Below, one piece after another: positions 1 through 7,572 of a stretch of 8,602 nucleotides of DNA (the stretch's first letter is position 1; each line of letters opens with the position of its first letter). Location: the NCBI GenBank assembly GCA_905178155.1, contig CAJINV010000093.1, forward strand, positions 1 to 8,602, read 5' to 3'. The position numbers were made by a program, and so were the translations under genes. This DNA comes from Amoebophrya sp. A120. Taxonomy: Eukaryota; Protista; Dinoflagellata. The notes beneath the pieces are model-generated. The model did not search any database and had not been told where the DNA came from. It saw only the letters and a list, made by a program, of their open reading frames with translations.

Positions 1-214
1 CTTTGCAGCTGCTCCCTGCGCAGAGCGCCCACAGGCGCGGGAAGCGCGCAAGTGGTCCTGCGGGTTGGCGCGGCGCAATGTGTTTCGTTGTGCATAGGCC
101 CGCGGGGTTGTGGTCCTATCGGCAAACAGTCTTGCCCCGACCCAACAGCCTTGCGCTCCGGCGGCAGCCGGAGCATGGCTGGTTTGTACTAGTACGATAC
201 TTTTGCAGTTCATA
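1..214. mobile_element. Right-hand part of a TIR intron element (left end outside the window)
   Basis: 188-214 actagtacgatacttttgcagttcata; its reverse complement TATgaacTGCAAAAGtatcgtactagt matches the left TIR at 5821-5853 apart from the N4 positions and a 6-nt aaaagt duplication. It ends in ATA directly before coding sequence. Predicted TSD is tggga (215-219). Confidence 0.6.
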
Positions 215-3200
215 TGGGAAATTTGAGAAACTCTCCAACTCAATCCGGGAGTTGAAACAGGGGTTTGGAGCGCTGGATAGAATTGCCGGCGATAAAAATG
301 TGAAGATTGCTGATTCGCACGGAGGTTCTGGCGATGGTCCTGATGACAATGATGATGGGAAGCACAACGGCGGTCATTCTAGTTTTGGTTTATCAAATGG
401 AGAAAGAACAGCGGGTCCAGCGAACCTCCATCTGCACGACCGTGCGACGACGGAGCGCCCCGAAGGTCAGTGTGATGTGTTAGCCGGAAAGGAACAGACA
501 ACATGTGAAAATAAGCAGCTAAGGCCCGCCGCCTCCAAGAACAGTGCCGCACCTGGACACTCAACCTCTCATCACGCAGCAGTTCCGGTTCCGGCAGGAG
601 GTCCAAGCAGTACCACCACACCAACTTCCGTAATGTTTGCAAACAAGAACAACTTCTGCGAGCATCCCTCACTGGAGCAGCCGAGTTGGCCGTTGTTTCG
701 CGAAGGCTCGTCCAGCAGTACCTCCTGCAGCACCTCTGCGACGAAGACAGGAGCACTGGTTTCGCCGCGACCCCCCATGCTCCCCCCGCCGAGCTGCTTG
801 CAGGCGCAACAAGCCAATTATCCCACCACATTAGGCACTGCGACCGCCGCGGGTTTCGTCCCACCACAACTTCCAACGGTGCAGCAGCACATCGTTCCTG
901 GTGGGCCTTTTATTGCAACACAAATCACGACTTCAGCGACGACCAGTTCTAGCTCGTCGAGTTTCCAACAAGTATCCTCGCAGGCCGTGTCGTTCTCCAA
1001 TCAGTCTTCGAATCCGAACAACATGGACCGATCCTCCTCGGAACCCGTCAGTTTGCACAGTTACAGCCACACCGTGTCACTTTCCGGGGCTTCTAACTCG
1101 ATCGTGACAGTACCGACGCCATCAAATGTAAAGATGTCTGGGTCTGGAAGCTTGCCAGGTTTGTCATGCATATTATGGAAGACTCATGATGTCTGTGATG
1201 CATGCTCTAGCATGACAGATTTTTAGAGGCCTTTGTGATGCCTCTACCGCATGAGAAATGCCCTCTCCGGGTAGCACAACCACAAACTGGAGCTCTGTTG
1301 CCGGTCATACAATGCAAATTTCTTTAGAATCCAGAGACAGCATCACAAGTTTAGAATCTTCCAGACCCAGACATTTTTGCATTTGATAGACGCCAGCGAC
1401 TGGCAGTCCAACTGTGGGGTTCAATACTGTTTTTCACGGTGGTATCGCAAGAAAAAACTGTTTCACTGTAAACCTGTAATGCAGAAAATGCATGACTGAA
1501 GTGTTTGTCTTGCTACACATGCAAGACAAGTGATTTTTAGCGGTGTGTTCGCTTCGGCTCCTCGCATGGCAAGTTTTCTTTGTAATGTGTAGCGAACTTG
1601 TAATGCAAAACTTGCAAAATCCTTCCAGCGAAACAGTTTTTTCTTGCGATAGGTGGCGCGGGGGCGCCAGCAGCCAGCACGCTTGTTTTATCGTCGCACC
1701 AAGTAGAACATCTTGCGACGGGACCAAATAGCTACGCTAACGCCAGCGCCTTGTCAGGAGTTGCAGAACAAGGTCACTCGTCCTCGTGCGGCACTGCACG
1801 TCAAAGCGGAGGCAGTACTACTGCTATCGGGTTCTTTAATATCCAAGGAAAAAACTGTGTTGGTGTAAGTCTTTTGGGAAAACTGCATCACAAGTTTGTC
1901 TGCCACGACAGGAAAAACTTGTTATGCGCAGATAGGAAGGGAAAACACAGAGAAAGCGAGCCGATAATGCATGTCGAGCATGATAAAGATAAGTGTGACT
2001 GTTTTGCATTTTCTGCATCACAGATTTACTTTTACACTTACAAACACAGTTTTTTTCTTGCATATTTGAAGCAGTCCCACCCCCGCCTCCTCGTCCCGAA
2101 CGGGCGGACTCGTTGGTCGTTATGGGGACAACTGCGGGTCCTACTTCTGCAAATGCTAATCGGTTGTGCCACGACCTGCCAGGCACGATCCCCTCGCCGC
2201 CAGGAAATACCAGTTCCTCTGACGCGGCTAGTACAACACAGGATCTTCTTGAACCTCACATGCACAACAACAATCCGCCAGCGTTGCTGTTCCCGACCAT
2301 ACCGGCGTGCCCGTCCCAGCCGCACGTCGTGATTGCAGGAGCTGCCCAAGAACAGCAAGAATTGAGAGCAGAAACAACAGCTCCATCAGGCGGAGATGAG
2401 CTTGTCGTGGTACACGATATGCCAGGCGGGTATTCGGCGATCACCTCTCCTTCCATCACCAACGCGGGAGGACATCAACTCGAGGACCACGATCCTTTTC
2501 TAGACGCGTGCTTCTATCCGGAATACAGTGTGACTGTTAACGGGGAAGACGCGGACTGTAGCGCGAGCACCAGTTACTACAATGAAAAATGCCCTCACCC
2601 CGGAATTTGCAACAGTTTGTCATGCGAAGTTTCCAAATGAAAGGTTTTTGTCTTGCATAAAAGGGCTGTGAGCCTCTCTGATGCAGAATCTAGGTGCGCA
2701 AGAAGGTGTCTTGTCCAACAGCAACCGGATCTGTTAAACAGATCCGGTTGCTGTTGGGCTCCTTTGCAACACAAATTTAAGCTCTTCAGCATCGAAAATT
2801 TGTGAAGCTGAGATACGCATGACGGGGAATCATGTTTATGTTTCCATTGGAAAGGTTTGCCTTTGCACAACAAATGCTGCCAAGTTCCGGTGTGGGGGCA
2901 TTTTTCATTGTAAGACCAGTGTTGGTGGCGGTGGTCCTGCTCGCCCAGCGCAATCGCCGATAACTACGCTTGTCGCGGCTAATGCGGATCATAATGGAGA
3001 GGACCGTGCAGCAGGAGCGTCATCGTCAACATCCTGCGAATCTTCGTCAGACGACGCGGACGAGGAGTCGTTCCGCGCTTGTTCCGACGGAGAGCAAGAA
3101 GTAGGTGAAGAAGATACAACCCCCAGCAGCTCCGTCTGTACTAGTCGTCTTTCCTGCGACGTCGATGATGATACTGTATCATCTTGTTCGGGAGAGGAAG

Positions 3201-3511
3201 ATCAAGATGCTTCGTCCGACTACACCGGAACATCTTCTAGTAGCCCGTGCAACAACTCCCCTACGTCTGACGCAAGAGGACCATGGTCGTCGGATTTTTC
3301 TCCTAATGTGGGAAAGCTGGCAGTCGCAGGGGACGATGTCGACGGAGATGAATCTGTGGATAATGTGGAAGATGCAGGAGCGGATGTTTCTCATGCGGAA
3401 ATGGAAGATGAAGAACAATTTTTACAACAACAGCGAGAACAGAGGGACGAGGCGTTTGTGAAAATGTTGAAAAAGGTGATGCAAAAGGCGCTCGAAGATG
3501 AGGTGCAATAA
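215..3511 (+). CDS. 5'-truncated multi-exon gene for a ~740-aa Ser/Thr/Pro/Gly-rich low-complexity protein with an acidic C-terminal region. Exons (left TSD copy kept): ~215/220-1119, 1394-1442, 1657-1839, 2070-2574, 2921-3511
   Basis: Removing four TIR/TSD elements plus one TSD each (274, 214, 230, 346 nt) joins track ORFs 3..1226, 1751..2332, 2113..2640 and 2819..3511 into one stop-free frame ending TAA 3509-3511. Junctions read VTVPTP-ATGSPT, TVFHGG-AGAPAA, AIGFF(K/E)-AVPPPPP and SASTS-VGGGGP. No recognisable domain. Confidence 0.8.
1120..1388. mobile_element. Introner/MITE-like element, 269 bp, TSD GACGC
   Basis: 31-bp TIR 1120-1150 / 1358-1388 with 28/31 complementary. Perfect TSD at 1115-1119 and 1389-1393. 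Removing 274 nt restores the frame. No GT-AG register exists for this removal. Confidence 0.9.
1443..1651. mobile_element. Introner/MITE-like element, 209 bp, TSD GGTGG
   Basis: Perfect 22-bp TIR tatcgcaagaaaaaactgtttc at 1443-1464 / 1630-1651. Perfect TSD at 1438-1442 and 1652-1656. Removing 214 nt restores the frame and can be written as a GT-AG intron, 1439-1652. Confidence 0.93.
1840..2064. mobile_element. Introner/MITE-like element, 225 bp, TSD TTTAA/TTTGA
   Basis: TIR 1840-1861 / 2043-2064 with 20/22 complementary, extending to tgtaagt/acttaca. TSD 1835-1839 vs 2065-2069 matches 4/5. Removing 230 nt restores the frame. The TIR is homologous to that of the 1443 element. Confidence 0.88.
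2575..2915. mobile_element. Fold-back introner/MITE-like element, 341 bp, TSD CCAGT
   Basis: ~52-bp imperfect TIR 2578-2629 / 2861-2912, with the first 17 bp (tacaatgaaaaatgccc) perfect. Perfect TSD at 2570-2574 and 2916-2920. Removing 346 nt restores the frame. Confidence 0.9.
2715..2757. repeat. Perfect palindrome, 21-bp arms with a 1-nt spacer
   Basis: ccaacagcaaccggatctgtt (2715-2735), a (2736), aacagatccggttgctgttgg (2737-2757). It lies near the centre of the 2575-2915 element. Confidence 0.97.
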
Positions 3512-5074
3512 AACTAGGAAGCCTTCTACAAGTAGCACGAGCGCGACAGGATAACGATAAGTGCAAGCTTCCTCTGTGCCTGTCCTATCCTCGTAAGTAG
3601 GTCGTTGTGTGCAGGAAACAGAAACTACTGTTGCAGCACTGTGGTGAGAAACGAAGTTATCCTCTACTGGGTCTGTCTCTGTCCTACTAAAGGCGAAGCT
3701 GGAGAATCAATTATCTTTTTTTAATGCGAAAAGGAAAATTCTCTCCGTTCGAACAATCCAAGTTCGAGCTGGTAGTTCAAAGTACTAGTTTGAGTTTCTT
3801 CCGTGATGTTTTTTTATCGAGTTCATCACTTACACTTTCATTTAGATGACTTTTATCGCAAGAATTGCGATTCATCCTTTCATTGAGCAAGTCTGTCGTG
3901 CTAAAAATTGTATGACCAGAATAAAGAGTAAGAGTCGGTACGCAAGTCAAGTATTTCATCTAAACAAGCAAGAGCACGAGCCCACGTTAGCGCATTGATG
4001 ATGTACAGAGTTTTAGCTTTTACGTTGGCAGAGCCATTCATTTCTAATTCGATTTTTGGAATCCGCATCCAGTTCTGGACGTTGTTACACTTTTTTTTCA
4101 AACGCCGAAGATCGGCTTTCGACGTACTTGCATGTATGGACCATGACGACCAACCGCGACCACGTCCACGTTTCAACAACTGTATATATGAGGATGAGCA
4201 TTGACGTGACATGCGATTATATCACGGCGGATTTCTTCGTCTTTGACTTTGTAATATCGAAGCCAACATTTCGCACTGCTTGGCTCCATTTTGACTACAA
4301 CACCATAACAAAAGAGATTAAACTTCAACACCGGACGAGCGGCGGTAATTGTATGACGTTCAGAAGTAGATTCCTCAATACGACCCACCTACCCTTCTTG
4401 GGTGGAGCCGTGTTCGTAACGATTTTAGCAGTTTTTACAATGGAGCGGCCCGTTGTTGTTCTGAGTTCTGACAGTTGTTCGTGACATGAGACCAACTAGT
4501 GTTTATTACACCTGTGCGGCGAAAGTGACACCGAAAGCGAAAAGTTGTTTGCAAACGCGAGTATGCAGCTGCGCTGCGCGATCGATCAAAGCCGTTTATC
4601 TTTATGCCTTCGCTTTTATTTCGTGGCAGCCTCGTCGTAATTATCGCTCCTCGTCGTCGCAATTATTCGTCGTCGGAATCCGAATCGTTTCATTCCTGTT
4701 GGGTTGATATGTTTTTCTTTGTCGCATTCGCTTTCGAGCAGTCGATACGCTGCGTTTATAAATTCTGAAAAACTTCTACTCAGTCGTCGATCTGTTATTG
4801 AATAGGCTGACAGCAGCTGCACATGATCAAGACACCTGTTCATGGAAGAAGATGCATGTCGAGGACCACATTCACCCGCCCACAAAAATTGTCCACAACT
4901 CCAGGAGTATAATCGGTGAAGAACGACGAGTTGAAAGCGCACCGCAAGTAGCTTTTCGTCCGAGTTCGCGAGGGACGCGTTTTATTCTTGCGGAGGACGA
5001 GAACTTGTTTACTATTTCTTGAAGAACAGGTGAAACACGTGTGCACGTCGACCTGCAGGTCTTGCAGTGAAAAC

Positions 5075-6743
5075 ATGGCGAGCTTCATCCCGAGCAGCCG
5101 GCATTATCTGCAGAACGCCGTGCAGAACTTGTTCGAAAAAAACTTACAGCTGGCCACGGAGGAGGCAGAACAGCGCGGAGCGGACATCCAGCAGTATTAC
5201 GAAAACCGGCCGTATATGCCTCGCAAAAGCATTGTCGCCGTTCTTGTCCTACTGTACTACTAGCGGAAGGCGCATGACAAACTTGCTCAACATGAGGAAA
5301 GGGGTTTCTCATGCGTATTTTCCCAAACACAGAGGTTTTGTAATTGTATAGCAATATTTGCAACGAACAGCACGGTAGCGTCGATACTTTTGCAAAGGAT
5401 ACCGTACGAGTGGGGTCCGAAGCTAGACAAGCTGAACGAAGATGGCGTCATTTTGTCTCCGCCAGACAAGAAAGACTACATCAACCTGCCCCTCGTGAAG
5501 ACGATTCAAAACCCCAACAACCCGTACTCCCGAAACCCCAAGTCCGACAATTTGATCCTGAATCCAGGGAAAACGGAGGAGATATGCATGGCAACAGTAT
5601 TGTTATCGTAGTCGTACTAGTAGAAATTATCGCATGACAAATGTCGTCAGCATGAGAAATAGAATTTTTCATTCTGATGCGCGTTGGAAAGGAGATTTAT
5701 CGTGCATAATTGCAATTACTATCTACGAATACGATGCTTTTGCACATGATAGCAGAACCGGCGGAACAAGTTCGAGAAACTGGTAAACTGGAGCAAAGAG
5801 AATCTACACGACAAAAACAATATCCACTGCAAAAGTAAAAGTATCGTACTAGTCCAGCTAGTGGTGATTGCATATACAAATTTGCTTGGCATGACAAATG
5901 GAATTTGTATGTAATGCTGTTTTACCTTAGCCTTAGGAAGGTGGGAGATCTGTGATGCATAACTGCAATTAATAGTACAACGAGTGCGATATTACTTTTG
6001 CAGTGCATGAACAAGTTTGACGTGGACAGCACCAAGACGGAGGATTTGGGCAATATGCTGCGTTACTTTCGGGAAAACGTGCCCTTTGCCCAGAAACAGA
6101 AGATAGCCAAGCGGCTGCTGGATGAAGCCAAGGCGAGCATATTCGATATCCAAGTGGGGGAGAACTTTTGTCTGGCATAGCATGATTTACATAGGGTGAT
6201 GTGCATCTTCAAGGTGGATTGTGCTTTTGTTATTTCTGACATCAGATAGGTGGGCAGTATCAGCTTCAGCACACAGTAAGAAGCTGCGCTGGCCACAAGC
6301 TTTCAATCACAAGATGTGATTACACAAGGCTGTATTGGTGCCTTGTCAAGGCACCAATTTTTACACAGCAGCAAGGTCGTGCAATGTCCAAACAATTTTC
6401 TTCATCTACGTTGGATACCTGGCTTAGAAGAGTTCCGAGCGCCGATACCGATTCCTGGAGGGATACGAAATGGCTTTGCAGAGGACAAGTTCTTTGAGTT
6501 GTCAAATCTTTATGAAGGGGGCTAGTTTGTCATGCAATGGATGCATGACCATGAGAGGGCGCCTTCACAGCTGCACGCTAAGACGGACCTGCTGGTGCAC
6601 GGGATAATTTTCATCGTGCTTTTGCATCGTTCGACACGTTTAGGTGTTTGAATACAATGGCACCGACGCAAAGAGCTTTTTTCCTTCATACCCGCGGCAG
6701 AACGTCGCGTACCCGAAAATGGAGGAGTTTTTTTGAAGAATGA
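5075..6743 (+). CDS. Multi-exon gene, hypothetical protein. Firm exons 5075-5214, 5407-5582, 5757-5820, 6015-6146. Tentative exons 6423-6510 and 6696-6743. Possible earlier stops at 6180, 6427 or 6525
   Basis: ATG at 5075 (aaacATGg) and G/C-ending codons in the exons. Precise element removal gives MASFIPSSRHYLQNAVQNLFEK...YYENRP-YEWGPKLDKLNEDG...NPGKTE(E/Q)-NRRNKFEKLVNWSKENLHDKN-KFDVDSTKTEDLGNMLRYFRENVPFAQKQKIAKRLLDEAKASIF... No family recognised, and the 3' end is uncertain. Confidence 0.75.
5215..5401. mobile_element. Introner/MITE-like element, 187 bp, TSD CCGTA
   Basis: Left tatgcctcgcaaaagcattgtcg vs reverse-complemented right tatcctttgcaaaagtatcgacg. Perfect TSD at 5210-5214 and 5402-5406. 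Removing 192 nt keeps the frame and deletes the TAG at 5261-5263. Confidence 0.88.
5583..5751. mobile_element. Introner/MITE-like element, 169 bp, TSD GGAGA/GCAGA
   Basis: TIR 5583-5611 / 5723-5751 with about 19/29 complementary, and weaker pairing further in. TSD 5578-5582 vs 5752-5756 matches 4/5. Removing 174 nt keeps the frame and can be written GA-AG (5579-5752). Confidence 0.82.
5821..6009. mobile_element. Introner/MITE-like element, 189 bp, TSD AACAA
   Basis: Perfect 14-bp core cactgcaaaagtaa at 5825-5838 / 5992-6005 inside a longer TIR. Perfect TSD at 5816-5820 and 6010-6014. Removing 194 nt restores the frame. No canonical register exists for this removal. Confidence 0.88.
6147..6417. 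mobile_element. Degenerate TIR element, 271 bp, TSD not preserved
   Basis: Left tatccaa-gtgggggagaacttttgtctgg-catagcatga vs reverse-complemented right tatccaacgtagatgaagaaaattgtttggacattgcacga. Flanks ttcga/cctgg do not match. Length+5 (276) joins in frame to ORF 6316..6525. Confidence 0.65.
6511..6690. mobile_element. Degenerate TIR element, 180 bp, TSD not preserved
   Basis: Perfect 8-bp termini tatgaagg / ccttcata, then partial pairing for ~35 nt. Contains the internal motif at 6528. Flanks atctt/cccgc do not match. Confidence 0.55.
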
Positions 6744-7572
6744 AGCAACACTACAGTGTATAGACAATGCGATCAATGAATTGCACCAGCACCAGACTCG
6801 ATAGAATCAAACTCGCCTGGTCTCCTTCTTGTTCTCTTCCCGTCGAGGATGAGGATGACGCTCAACACGGACCACTTGCAGCTGGTTTTTGCTGGAGAGC
6901 TGACAGATACTAGTCGTCTTGGGATATCTATGTGTTCTGCAAAGTAGTCTCCACGGTTTTATCCGTCCGGTGTCCTCGTCGTGGTTTCTTGCGCTGAAGA
7001 ATCACGGTGCCACATCTTATTCCAATCGGTTCTTGCAGATGGTGATTACTGTCAGATTTGAAGTCTAATACTGCTGTCCACGTCGGCACGTCTTCTACTG
7101 CTTCTATTGGATGTGTCGCTAGCCGATCATTCAGGATGAATGGTAAGTAGTTTTTAGCTGGACGACAAAGTACGGAACAAATTAATAAAACCACAACTAC
7201 GGAGACGGATGAAGAGAATGGTCGAACTTAATAGAAGGTGGGAGTCATGCACAAGGAGTTGTTTGTAGTTTGAGAGTTAATGATGACGAAGTACTGCGTC
7301 CCGTAGTGCTAGTCGTTGCACTAGAGTAGAAACTAGTACAACATCATGCAGCGAGTGCTGAAAGTTGGTGTTGGAGAGCTACAGGCGCTTCTATCAGTAC
7401 CGCAGCAACTTGCTACTTTAGAGTAGTTCTACTTTGTTTTCTCATACTTGTGATGAACGTAAAACAACACAGCTTGTAGTTCAGCTGTTCTTTTCATTCT
7501 CTGCACAAAGCTCTTCTCGCCATGACGAGATAAAAGCACCTGTATATCTGATATTATCAGCACAAAAGAAAA

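Noticed and set aside
3-1226. 407-aa ORF as a stand-alone gene
   Set aside because: Its first ~70 codons lie upstream of a right TIR end at 214, and its last ~35 codons lie inside the 1120-1388 element. It is an internal exon with read-through on both sides.
1256-1386. Ser/Thr-rich frame MPSPGSTTTNW... as an extra exon
   Set aside because: It lies wholly within the element bounded by a 31-bp TIR and perfect GACGC TSD, and a single 274-nt removal is simpler.
2578-2915. Apparent Cys/His-rich zinc-finger (CPHPGIC...VCLC...CGGIFHC)
   Set aside because: These residues are translations of the two TIR arms and are lost on precise excision.
3854-3871. tatcgcaagaa resembling a family A left TIR
   Set aside because: No partner TIR or TSD was found. 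It forms only a local 7-bp hairpin, atcgcaa-gaa-ttgcgat.
4630-4674. Short imperfect tandem repeat (cctcgtcgt-aattat)
   Set aside because: Two to three short degenerate units, consistent with ordinary slippage, and not CRISPR-like.
4562-4823. tatgcagctgc / gcagctgcaca inverted pair
   Set aside because: The match is driven by the self-palindromic gcagctgc, with no TSD and little further pairing.
5261-5263. Single in-frame TAG suggesting stop read-through or an alternative genetic code
   Set aside because: The stop is inside the 5215-5401 element and is removed with it.
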